From contig NEEC01000004.1 of assembly GCA_002189035.1 (NCBI GenBank), positions 558,001 to 622,000 on the forward strand: a stretch of 64,000 bases of DNA. Reading direction: 5' to 3'. The notes under the pieces are model-generated. The model worked only from the letters and a program-made list of their open reading frames with translations, was not told where the DNA came from and did not search any database. The translations under genes and the position numbers were made by a program. Shown here one piece after another: positions 25,387 through 36,536 of the stretch. This DNA comes from Utricularia gibba (Eukaryota > Plantae > Magnoliophyta). Numbering within the stretch: position 1 is the stretch's first letter; each line of letters starts with the position of its first letter.

Positions 25387-27360
25387 TCAGTCGAGCTTGA
25401 CGGAGGAGAAGAGGTAGTGAACGAACCAAAAGGATGACAGAAACCCGACGGTTCCGGTGGCGAGCATGATGAGGAGCGCCATGAAGAGCGAATAGCCGAT
25501 ATAGAGAGCTGCAGACACAGGCCCGCTCAGACTCTTGAGCTCGAAGATGAGGTAGTTGATGGAGTAGATGAAGATGTAGACGGCGACGGAGCCTGATGCG
25601 AAGAAGGATTTCCACCACCATCTCCAGTCTTCGACACAGAGGTGCATGTAGGTGAGAACAAGGGACACCTCTGCGCAGACAGCGATCAGCATTGTGAAGA
25701 CAATGAGCAGAAACCCAAAAACGTAGTACACGCGCCCCATCCATAGACTGGACATGATGAAGAAGAGCTCGATGAAGAGGGTTCCGAAGGGGAGTGTCCC
25801 AGCTCCGAGAACCAGGAGCCAGGATGGGTACTTCTGTGCTGGGATTTCCCGGGGAATTTGGTTGGTTCGAACGGGGTATTCGATGTAGGGAGCTCTTGCA
25901 CCAAGGTAGCCGCCAACGAGGGTAAGAGGGACGGAGATGCAGAACCAGAGTAAGATGAGGACGACGAACAATGAGAATGGGATAGCTCCTGTGCTACCGC
26001 TTCCCCATAGCAGGAAATTCAAAGTGGTGAGTATGAGGAATGCGATGCCAGGGAAGAAGGAAGAAACTTTCCATGAGATTCCCATCCATCCCACATGCTC
26101 TCCACAGTGTATGGTTCTCCACAAACGAACACCAACATACCCTGCTGCGATGCCGAGGATCATGTAGAAGAGGAGCATACCAGTTAAAAGTGTTCCACGA
26201 GATGCTGGAGACATGAATCCGAGGGCAGCGAATACAACTGTGACAATAGCCATTCCGAGGATCTGGATTCCATCGCCAACCATCACGCAGAGGAGGGATG
26301 GATAAGTTGGAGCACGAAACACGTCGCCGACAACAAGCTTCCATCCTGATAACTCTTCATTCATTTGGGCTTGAGCTTCCTTGTCAAGCTCCTCATACTT
26401 GGCCAAATCTCGCCGAACAGTTCTCATGAAGATCACCAGGACAATCCCAGCAAGGAAGGCGATCACCATGAGAGAATTCATAATTGAAAACCAATGCACT
26501 TTGGCTCCCTCCATCTTCAGATATGCATCCCACCGTGAGGGCCACTTGATATCACTCTCCACAAAGGAAACTTCATAGGAAAATGCGAGTGGCTCGTTCT
26601 CCCTGATGACCATGGCCACAGTTGTAGGATTACAAGTAATTGTAGATGGGTATTTGTCATACATTTTCAAGTTCTTCACAGAGCCCAGATCATGCCTGAA
26701 ACTACAAGGCACAACCTCGAATCCTACAACCATGTATCCAGAGGATTCACCTTCCAGGTTCCCCATACCTGTGATCACATCAGTCGCATCACCACTACCA
26801 ATTACACGAGCAGTATCAGCATTTTCTCTCTTATGAACGAGCACAGTGAACTTCAAGTGATTAAACAAGTAATACTCATTATCCAGTTTAGCACCAACAG
26901 GGTAACCGGTCCATCTCAACATAAAACCATCCTTAGAGGTATATCGAATCGCGGGCAAGTTATCAAGAATCACATTCACTTGATACATCTCATCAATCCT
27001 TGTTTTCAAAAGCTTAAATTCATCAGATGACAGAGGCTTTGATTGGCAAAGAAAAATTTCAGTCTCATTCTTGTACATCATAAACCTATACGGAGAATTC
27101 TCAATCCTATCTCCCATTAAAAGCTCCCCAAGATTTTCAGCACTGTCCTTTATACCACCCTCTGGCTGACAAAACGGCAAACTATAGTACCCATAAGGCA
27201 GTTCCGTATCAATTGATGTTAAAGAATTCACCTTCATATACAAGGCATCGCCCACAGCATACTTGTGACGATAACTTCCCGGGAGATAAAACCCCTTCAC
27301 GATTTGGCAAAACGCCAACACAAACAAAAGCCAGATCTTCATCATATCAAAGAAATCCAT
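25387..27360 (-). CDS. Transmembrane 9 superfamily / endomembrane protein 70 (TMN11/12-like), intronless CDS
   Basis: Signal peptide then FYLPGSY, VNSLTSIDTELPYGYYSLPFC, ENLGELLMGDRIENSPY, KVHWFSIMNS, nine hydrophobic helices and C-terminal LFSSVKLD. Confidence 0.95.
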   Translation of the reverse strand: MDFFDMMKIWLLFVLAFCQIVKGFYLPGSYRHKYAVGDALYMKVNSLTSIDTELPYGYYSLPFCQPEGGIKDSAENLGELLMGDRIENSPYRFMMYKNETEIFLCQSKPLSSDEFKLLKTRIDEMYQVNVILDNLPAIRYTSKDGFMLRWTGYPVGAKLDNEYYLFNHLKFTVLVHKRENADTARVIGSGDATDVITGMGNLEGESSGYMVVGFEVVPCSFRHDLGSVKNLKMYDKYPSTITCNPTTVAMVIRENEPLAFSYEVSFVESDIKWPSRWDAYLKMEGAKVHWFSIMNSLMVIAFLAGIVLVIFMRTVRRDLAKYEELDKEAQAQMNEELSGWKLVVGDVFRAPTYPSLLCVMVGDGIQILGMAIVTVVFAALGFMSPASRGTLLTGMLLFYMILGIAAGYVGVRLWRTIHCGEHVGWMGISWKVSSFFPGIAFLILTTLNFLLWGSGSTGAIPFSLFVVLILLWFCISVPLTLVGGYLGARAPYIEYPVRTNQIPREIPAQKYPSWLLVLGAGTLPFGTLFIELFFIMSSLWMGRVYYVFGFLLIVFTMLIAVCAEVSLVLTYMHLCVEDWRWWWKSFFASGSVAVYIFIYSINYLIFELKSLSGPVSAALYIGYSLFMALLIMLATGTVGFLSSFWFVHYLFSSVKLD

Positions 27361-27582
27361 TTTGGCGGCCCGCGGCAGATCCGGTTTGCCCAGATCAGAA
27401 ATCAATGTATATCCCAGAAACTTCACCTGGCTTCAAAAGGATTGATGACCCAGATCAGATTTCCGTGATCATTGTACGCTGCAACAAGCAATCATACATG
27501 CATCAAGAGAAAACCACTACCAATGGATTAAAAAGGAGCAGCGAATCGAAAGAAGAAACTACGAATTGTGATGTGACGTAAT

Positions 27583-27865
27583 TAATGGGGTAGATGCAGA
27601 TCCCGCAGCAAAGGAGTGACGACAGCCAGATCCGTGAGTGTAGATGGTAGAAATAAGGATCAAAAACGAAGTTTTTTTACCAGCGAAAGAATCACCAGTT
27701 GTTAAATCACCTGATTTTATCGGTAATGGGGTAGGATGCAGATCCCGCAGCAAAGGAGTGACGACAGCCAGATCCGTGAGTGTAAATGGTAGAAATAAGG
27801 ATAAAAAACGAAGTCTTTTTACCAGGGAAAGAATCACCATTTGTTAAATCACCTGATTTTATCGG
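27583..27865. repeat. ~141-bp near-identical tandem duplication upstream of the TMN CDS
   Basis: Copies 27583-27723 and 27724-27865 (taatggggta...atcacctgattttatcgg) differ by only a few substitutions and an indel. Confidence 0.95.
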
Positions 27866-28233
27866 CAAAAACAAATCTTCTAGCAGCTGAAATTCGCCAA
27901 AATTTATTGCACCAGGCAGTAAATTCCGGCGACTCTCTAACTGTAATCTAAATTTTTCAACGAATGAACCGATCCTATCATTAGCTGCTGAAGGGCGTTT
28001 TGGTCAATTCAATAGGAACGCAGACAATGACGGGCGTCCATCTCCATGTCCAAGCGCAGAAATAGCAGGGAACCAGACGAACGACGGAGGCAAACAAAAT
28101 CAAGCAGGAAGAAAAGATTAACGCGCCCCATTCAAATCCCAGGAACTTTAGGCGCCGAAATGCCGGTTATTCATTGCCTGAATACCGGATTCGTATCTGG
28201 GGAAGTGGGTTCGTGACTGGGTGTTCCAAATAA

Positions 28234-29831
28234 ATGGGAAATGTGACATCCGGCGTGGCTTCAAAGTTTGCGTTTTTCCCACCGAACCCACCAACTTACA
28301 ATGTGTACAGGGACGATCGGAATGGGAGGCTCGTGATGAGCGGATTGACCAGTGATCAACAGGTGAATGTGCATTTGCTCGAGACCGAAGGGGGGAATAA
28401 GATCGTGGCCACTTTTTGGAAACATCCGGCTGGGAGATTCACGTTGTTGTATTCCCATGGCAATGCGGCTGATTTGGGGCAGATGCAAGAACTGTTCATT
28501 GAACTCAGAGCTCATCTTCGTGTCAACATCATGAGGTCTGCTAGTGCATCACTTTTTCATTTCTGGTTATTTCTACCTTCTGGGTCCTCCCTTTATTACG
28601 TCTACAACCAGGTTCCTTGATTTTGTGCGTCATAATTTCTTCCATCTAAGACAATGATTCTGCTTTTGTTTTGTTGCTTGCATATTTCCAATCTAGAACT
28701 CAGCTGGCTTTGACGTTTGGCTCTTCCACAGGGCTGTCATTTTTGTTCTTGCTTGCATATTTCCAATCTGGGTCGCCTTTTTATTACGTCAGACAGACTA
28801 GATTCTTCGCTTTTATGAGAATCCTCTTTGTAGTGCATCTGAATTTCCAAGTAATGCAGCTCTCTTTTACATGAATAAGTACCCTCTAAAACTTTGAGGT
28901 CAAAACTCGAGCCTACCATAATCCATTCCCATCAACTTCTCAGCCTGAGAAGCACTGTCTCCTTTTTGACATCCTTTTCTCTCTCGTGCAGCTATGACTA
29001 CTCCGGCTATGGTGCGTCCTCTGGCAAGGTGAGACGCTTGTTCAGAACGCGTTCTTAGGAAAAACAAAGCACTTCACTGTGTGCTGATATCTGAGTTACT
29101 GTGCACTTACTTCAGCCATCTGAGTCGAGCACCTACTACGACATCGAAGCCGTCTACAGTTGCTTGAAGACTGAATACGGTATCAACCAAGAGGATGTAA
29201 TTCTGTACGGCCAATCTGTTGGCAGTGGCCCAACATTACATCTAGCCTCCAAGTCTCCAAGGTTGCGAGCTGTTGTTCTTCACAGTGCCATTCTTTCAGG
29301 CATACGAGTGCTTTACAACGTTAAAGTAACACTCTGGTTCGACATTTTCAAAGTAAGGCTTCAACCTCCATCAACCCTGTCATTATCTGGAGGTGCTTAA
29401 TCCCACTTGGATCATGTTCTTCCATTTCAGAACATCGACAAGATAAGGAATGTAAGCTGCCCTGTTCTGATCATACATGTAAGCCTCTGCCCCAGCTTCC
29501 TTCCTCTGCCTCTGTAAAATTGTGTTTTCTGGAAACAAAAGATGGAAATCATGGAACGCAGGGCACCAACGACGACATAGTCGACTTGTGCCATGGAAAG
29601 CGCCTCTGGGAGCTGGCCAAGGACAAGTACGAGCCTCTGTGGATAGAAGGGGGAGGCCACTGCAACCTTGAGACATTCCCTGAGTACATCAAACACCTAA
29701 AAAAGTTCTTGAGTGCAATGGAGAACCTCTCCTTCTCGAGACGGCCGGCATCGAAGTTGCCCATCGAATCAGAACCTCCGGTCACGGACTCCAAACAACA
29801 CACCAGATGCCTGAGATTTATGAAAAATTAG
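28234..29831 (+). CDS. Alpha/beta hydrolase, ABHD17-like
   Basis: Exons 28234-28535, 28992-29028, 29116-29352, 29431-29478, 29562-29831. Motifs [41 protein letters not shown], nucleophile [25 protein letters not shown]. Confidence 0.93.
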
Positions 29832-30124
29832 CTTCCCACTACAAAGATGCACAAGTCCATACTTGACACCCTGTGGGGGAACAAGATACATGACTGTTGT
29901 ATAGTTCAGAAGACAATAAAACTAAAGCTGCAAATTGAATTACCATAAATAAGAGGGGGGGAAAAAGCTATTTACCAAAAGTCAAAACCACCGGCCTCGT
30001 TGATCACCTAACGAGATAGCCAATTTTAAGTACCTACCACTGGTTGACTCTGGAGGGTAATTAAAGTCAAGCCTGAAGCCGTACAAACTCGGCAGTCGGC
30101 AGAAGAAACCTCGACCGGCGATCA

Positions 30125-31515
30125 ATGGCGGAAGCCGGGGACCGGCATATTCTTGTTTTCCCTTATCCGGCCCAGGGACACATGATTCCTCTCCTCGATT
30201 TCACCCACCGTCTCGCCGTTGCTGGGAACCGTCGTCTCTCAATCACAGTCGTGGTAACTACAAAAAACTTCGAGTTCCTCAGCCCAATCCTCGCCGCCCA
30301 CCCCACTGTCGTAACTCCCCTCGTCTTAACCTTTCCGCCGCACCCCTCCATCCCCGCAGGCGTGGAGAATACCTCTGGTATCTCTGCCTCCGGTTTCTCA
30401 CACTTCATAACAGCCCTGACCCAGCTTCGGGATCCTCTCCGCCTCTGGTTCCTCGGCCAAGCCTCACCGCCGACAGCTATAATTTCTGACACGTTTCTCG
30501 GGTGGACCCACCATCTTGCATCAGAGATCGGCGTTCGCCACTACGCTTTCTGCTCCACCGGCGCTTTTTTCTACTCCACAACTCATTACTTGTGGGGCGA
30601 GATGCCGACAAGGAAAGATTGCAACGACGAGAACGAAGCGGTGGCGATGGAAAGGATTCCAAATTCCCCTGTTTTCCTGTGGAAGCATCTCTCCGCCGTG
30701 TATCGATCTTACGTTGCCGGAGATCCGGCGTGGGAATTAATCAAAGACTCTTTTCGGATGAACTCCAGAAGCCATGGAATCATCATCAACACGTTTACGG
30801 CTCTGGAGGGGATCTACGTGGCCCATCTGATGAAGGAACTGGGCCATAGTCGTGTATGGGCTGTTGGGCCCGTGTTCCAGGATAGCGATGGGCCCAGACC
30901 ATCCTCCGTCTCACCGAACGAGATCTCATCTTGGCTGGACACGTGTGCTGATCGAACGGTCGTCTACATCTGCTTCGGCAGCCAACACGTGTTGACGGAG
31001 AAGCAATTGGAAGCCATAACAACCGCCTTACGCAGCAGCGAGGTGAAATTCATCCTAGTGGCGAAGCAAGGAGAAGGCGTGCTCGGCGCAGATCTTCTCC
31101 AAGCCTTGGAGAATCGCACAGCGGAAGGAGGAGGAGTGGTCATCAGAGGATGGGCGCCGCAGGTGAGCATACTGAGGCACAAGGCTGTTGGCGCATTCAT
31201 GACTCACTGCGGTTGGAACTCGTCGATAGAGAGCATCGCCGCCGGAGTGCCGATGCTTTGCAAGCCAGTGTATGCCGATCAATTTGTGAATGCGGCTCTG
31301 CTGGTCGATCAATTGGGCGTCGCAGCTAGGGCTGGCGACGGGATATCGACCCGAACGCGCTGTCCCGGTTGCTGATCGATGCGACGAGCGAGAAGTGGGC
31401 CGACCGGAGGGCTCGTGTTGCGGCTCTGAGCGCTGCGGCTAAAGCCGCTCTAGAGGAGGGAGGGAGCTCACTGAGTGATCTAGTCGGGTTTCTCGGCGAT
31501 GTCAACGATGGTTGA
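30125..31515 (+). CDS. Family-1 UDP-glycosyltransferase (UGT89-like), intronless; apparent 1-bp deletion at 31340-31342
   Basis: HILVFPYPAQGHMIPLLD and the PSPG box WAPQVSILRHKAVGAFMTHCGWNSSIESIAAGVPMLCKPVYADQ. Adding one G restores the C-terminus ending ALEEGGSSLSDLVGFLGDVNDG-stop. Confidence 0.9.
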
Positions 31516-31686
31516 GCTCCACCACGGAAGTAATTGGGTTTTACTGTGGGTAAAAACACCTTGGAATGGATTCGTCTTTTCTGTTTTCACATGTTAGCCT
31601 CTATTCCTTCAGTTTGCGACTGCTTTCTCTAACACAAGCACCGCCTTAGGTGTTCTTGTTGGGTATTCACTTTTTTACATCGGGAG

Positions 31687-33059
31687 TTAGAACCTCACGC
31701 TATGCTTCTTCAATTGCTCCACTGTATCACGGTGCTTGTCATCCATTTTGGAGTTGGCACCGACATTTTTCCCCCCTTTGGTTCTTTGTCGTTTGATGAC
31801 GGCTGCGGCTCATCTTCCGGCCTCCGTGGGTTTCTCATCCGGCGATGTACTGGTATGGGTTGTTGGTTCCCTGCTTTTGCTACTGCTTCGACGACGCCAC
31901 GGAATTCCTTTCCTTTTGGCTGACCCAACGTTCGAGCTTTGACCATCTGCGCTTGGACCGATTCTCATCATCGGAAGAAGCCTCCTCTCCTTGCTTTTTC
32001 GAGACTGCTGCTCCTCTCTGCAATTAAGCATGATATAACTACTGTAAGAGCCAAATCAGTAGAGGCATAAACTGCATCCTAAGCTTTGACAGCAATCTCA
32101 CAAGTCACATACGACTGATGATTAGAACAAGAAAAGTTGTTTCCAAAAAGGCAGATTTGAAGTATGTGGAACTTTAGTATCCGCCCTTCGGATATTACTA
32201 CTCTAAAAACAAAAGTATGCACCAAAAGAGAGGAAAAGGTGAGCATCAGCTGATTTATTCGACCAACAGTACCGACGAAGAACATCTTGACAAGGTTGAA
32301 GCTTGGTCGTTAGCAATCACATACATGCATCAATTTTTTAGACTTTTTTTTAATAATGTAAAATCCATCCACATGAAAGAAGTTTAAGAACAATAGTTTG
32401 GAAAATTTCATCGTTCGACCAGATAAGAGCTCAGGTACATTAGTAATAACTAACTTCAGTGTAAATGGAACTGAAAATAGCACTATATGGCAATTACAAT
32501 GGCACCTAGAGTCCAATTGGCAAACGAATTTCTGACCAGACAAGATGCTGACCTTGAACTGCGAATGAAGAGGATGAGGATACAAGTGATTGTTTAACAC
32601 TGTCCTTGGTGGCACTACCGCAGGTACTGCAGCTCCTCCTCCATCAAACTCAGCAGCATAGCCCTGCGTCTTCCTCTCTCCATCTACTCCAGGCCCCACT
32701 TCCTCACTTTCCACTCTTGCTCATGATCATGAACCATCGCCATCATCTGCTTCGATAACCGAAGGCTCCCCTTGCCCATCGTCATTGCCATTTAGTCCCT
32801 TCATGAATTCAATTGCTCTATTCCCATCGCCATTGTCGTCCAAATTCGATTCAAGGCCTCCACGAGAAAGTTTTTTCTCTAGAGCCGGCGAAATCAATTT
32901 CAGATTCAAAATCATAGCCCGGGTTTTCGACTCCGAAGCTCCATATAGCCCATCGAACGCCCAATCCACTAGGGAGGACCATCCATTCGTAGTGGAGGCT
33001 TAGCCTGAAGAGGCGAGGACGTCAACGTAAAGACCTCCAAACTCTTCATCCTCCTCCAT
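31687..33059 (-). pseudogene. Internally deleted FIP1[V]-like (polyadenylation factor) pseudogene
   Basis: N-terminus MEEDEEFGGLYVDVL and HPLHSQFK|intron donor in one frame containing 3 stops. C-terminal remnants SSDDENRSKRRWSKLERWVSQKER and DDKHRDTVEQLKKHSVRF*LPM resemble FIP1[V] termini from memory; no central Fip1 motif found. Confidence 0.75.
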
Positions 33060-35063
33060 CGGCTATAGCTGGTGCAAGCGAGAGTAACCGAGCGTCTGCG
33101 TAGAGCGAACAACAACATGCGAAATGAAAAAGGAAAGGGTAACTATATTACACGCTTGAGTTCCGAATCAACTACCAAGCCCATGTCATACCAGATTCAG
33201 AGCTGCAGTTGGGAATCAGGCCCATATCCAAACATGGCCCATTTTCGAAACGGCCCTGACTCATCTCAGGAAGAGAGAAGAGTATGTCGGCATCATCCTG
33301 AACGATGCGAATATTCCATTCCTCTCGCTTTCGTGGGAAGATACCTCCGAGCAGCAAGTTGCCTCCTCCTACTTGATGCATGCATTCTTTCATGTGTAAT
33401 TATTCGTTCAGGGGCTCCATCACACACATTACACGTCCAAATCATCACAAATAGCAATCATATTTCGGACCCTTCCAAACACCTTCTCCTTGTCCAAAAA
33501 CATTATTTTTTTTATTTGTTTGGAATATAACTAAAATCACGTTCTAAATTATTGAATCAAACCGAAATTTCCTCCTTTTATGAATCGATGATTTTTTTAT
33601 TAATATATGTGTAAAAAATTAATTTTTTATTTCACTAAAAACAAAATATTCTGTGTTTTCTTAGTTGGCACTAAAAGAAGTTTCTATATATAACACATAA
33701 ATGACAACCAAACAACATTTGCAAAAAAACAAAAACCACCAAAACATATGCTTAAATGTCCGCGGCATATTTTGAAAATTCAAAATCACCTCAAAGACGA
33801 CGGCGATGACGCTCTCCGTCGACTCAAAAGCTTGACTTCCGAGCCTTTGAATGATCAAACGCACATGCCATATATATAATTTAGAATAATTGAATATATT
33901 TCAATAATTTTAATAATATTTAATTTAAAAAGCGTGCTTCTATTGAACTACTACGAATTTAATTCCAATCGAAAGAATATAAAAATGTCAAGATAACAAG
34001 TCATGTACTATTACTTGTCAAGTCCGTGACAATGGGCCCGCGGGGCCGTCAACCTCCATTATTATTATTTATTATTAAAGTATATTTGCAACCGTTTATT
34101 CTCATAAAAATAGCATGCTTTATTATACAAAATAAATGTAAGTCAAGTTTTTCTTCTTTTTGAAAAATATAAAAAAAACAGTTTTACTAGTTTTATTTCA
34201 TAAAATGATGATTACTCCCAAGTACAAACCAAACATTACGTGTGTCTCAAGTCTTTTAAATGAGCACAAGAAAAAACAGAACCTCAAGTCAACATTATCA
34301 CGTGCGTTTAATTACTCGGAATTCCAAATCTATAATTAGAGATCACATGTTTTGTTTTTGAATAAAAACTAGGTTATATTTTGTGAAATAGGACCCCAAC
34401 CCATGATCATGTCACATCATTTCCGGCAACGCGGTGGGGCTCACCAAAGGGGGCGATGAGCCCATGGAATGGACGCCATAGCCATACGGCGCCAGAGGTT
34501 TTTTTTTTATTGTTCCAGAAAAATATTTGATAATTAATTATATTGTGGAAGGTAATAAATATCTGGGGAGATTTTGGAAATGTCGGACATTGTGGTGCTG
34601 GTTAATGTATTTTATTTACTCTTTGCGCGACAGCGGGTTTGGTCGCCTTGGGAATGGACGATGGTGGCGTGTGGGAGGAGATAAGATTCCTTCAGCACGG
34701 GCCCCAAGGAGGCAGACGGGCAGAGGAGGGTAAAATGGTCATTTGGATGGGGGTGGGTCCCACCGAAACAACTTGGGCGTGCTTGGGGGATAAAATGGTA
34801 ATCTCGCAATATGTTTATGTGGCGGTCGCAATAATGGCCCGTCCCTAATGCGCGTCGCAAGCCGAAGAGGATCTGGACTCGAGGTTGAAGGCTAGCCGTT
34901 GATTCTGGGGTGGTGGTGTAATTACGGTTCTACCCTTTTGTTCTATATAAATCACGTTGCTGGTGGCGGAGGGTGTGATGCTTGCCTGATTTTCGATCTG
35001 TGTGGCAAACCCTAGAAATTTCTGAGGTATTCGGTGAGGTGACTCATCAGGGAATGCGGAGAG

Positions 35064-35168
35064 ATGAGAAGATCTCCGGCTTGTAGACATCGATTTTCAG
35101 GCGGGAAGGCCAATTTACCGCTTACCGGCGGCCGGAATTGCCATCGGAAGCACGTGGAGGACGGGTGA
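35064..35168 (+). CDS. 34-aa upstream ORF in the CIPK leader, probable conserved peptide uORF
   Basis: ATG...TGA encodes MRRSPACRHRFSGGKANLPLTGGRNCHRKHVEDG, ending 78 nt before the CIPK ATG. Arabidopsis CIPK6 is established to carry a conserved ribosome-stalling peptide uORF. Confidence 0.7.
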   Translation: MRRSPACRHRFSGGKANLPLTGGRNCHRKHVEDG

Positions 35169-35246
35169 ACCCGTCTGTCGTTCCGGTTTTACGTTTTCTT
35201 CTTCGATTTCTGCAGAAAATCTCTAGATTTCGTTGTGGTTTCAACC

Positions 35247-36536
35247 ATGTCTGCTGAGGAGAAATGCGGTGTTCTTCATGGGAAGTATGAGCTTGGACGT
35301 CTGTTGGGGCATGGGACATTCGCCAAGGTTTATCACGCGAGGAATTTGCAGACGGGGAAAAGCGTTGCGATGAAAGTTGTTGGGAAGGAGAAGGTGATTC
35401 GGGTGGGCATGATGGAGCAGGTGAAGCGTGAGATTTCGGTTATGAAGATGGTTCACCATCCAAATATTGTAGAGCTTTACGAGGTGATGGCGAGTAAGTC
35501 CAAGATTTACTTCGCCATGGAGTTCGTCCGCGGCGGCGAGCTCTTCTCCAAGATTTCTAAAGGTCGATTACGCGAGGATTCTGCTCGCAGTTACTTCCAG
35601 CAGCTGATTTCAGCGATCGATTTTTGTCACAGCCGTGGCGTATACCACCGTGATTTGAAGCCGGAAAATCTTCTCCTCGACGAAGAAGGTAATCTCAAGG
35701 TGACGGATTTTGGGCTGAGCGCTTTCGCAGAGCATCTAAGGCAAGATGGCTTGCTGCACACGACGTGCGGTACTCCGGCGTATGTTGCGCCGGAGGTTAT
35801 CGGGAAGAAAGGCTACGACGGTGCTATGGCTGATATCTGGTCCTGCGGCGTCATTCTGTATGTATTACTGGCTGGTTACTTGCCATTTCAAGATGAAAAC
35901 ATTATGTCGATGTATCGGAAGATCTACCGAGGGGATTTCAAGTGCCCGCCATGGTTTTCACCCGAAGCAAGGAAGTTAGTCACGAGGATGCTGGATCCAA
36001 ACCCTGCTACTCGAATCACCATAGCCAAGATCATGCAGTCTTCTTGGTTCAAGAAATCACCGCCTAGAAACGTTAGATCTCCAAACGCAGAGCAAGAAAT
36101 CTTGGATGGTGGAAAGGGTAAAGATGCAGCAGCAGAGACGCTGAATGCGTTCCACATCATATCCCTATCGGAAGGATTCAACTTATCTCCTCTGTTCGAG
36201 AACACCAACAAGACGGAGAAGGGAGATCTGAGATTCGCCACCGCGAGCCCAGCCAGCAGCGTGATCGATAAGCTCGTGGAAGTTGGGAGGACGAAGAATT
36301 TCACAATTAAAAAGAGCGAATCCTCCGTGAGTCTGCAGTGTCTGGAGAACGGGAGGAAGGGGAAACTCGGTATCGCCGCTGAAATCTTCGCGATGGCGCC
36401 GTCGTTCGCCATGGTGGAGGTTAAGAAATCCAGCGGCGACACCTTGGAGTACAACCAATTCTGCAGCCAGGAGCTCCGGCCAGCACTCCAAGACATCTGC
36501 TGGACGTCCGCGACGGAGAATTCAACCCCAGCTTAG
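35247..36536 (+). CDS. CIPK6: CBL-interacting protein kinase (SnRK3), CIPK6-like, intronless
   Basis: Kinase motifs [19 protein letters not shown] and [10 protein letters not shown], plus NAF/FISL motif [21 protein letters not shown]. Ortholog assignment rests on the uORF and the MIR156 neighbour. Confidence 0.9.
   Translation: MSAEEKCGVLHGKYELGRLLGHGTFAKVYHARNLQTGKSVAMKVVGKEKVIRVGMMEQVKREISVMKMVHHPNIVELYEVMASKSKIYFAMEFVRGGELFSKISKGRLREDSARSYFQQLISAIDFCHSRGVYHRDLKPENLLLDEEGNLKVTDFGLSAFAEHLRQDGLLHTTCGTPAYVAPEVIGKKGYDGAMADIWSCGVILYVLLAGYLPFQDENIMSMYRKIYRGDFKCPPWFSPEARKLVTRMLDPNPATRITIAKIMQSSWFKKSPPRNVRSPNAEQEILDGGKGKDAAAETLNAFHIISLSEGFNLSPLFENTNKTEKGDLRFATASPASSVIDKLVEVGRTKNFTIKKSESSVSLQCLENGRKGKLGIAAEIFAMAPSFAMVEVKKSSGDTLEYNQFCSQELRPALQDICWTSATENSTPA

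Noticed and set aside
33072-33530. 152-aa plus-strand and 73-aa minus-strand ORFs upstream of the FIP1 pseudogene
   Set aside because: No recognisable domain; treated as chance ORFs.
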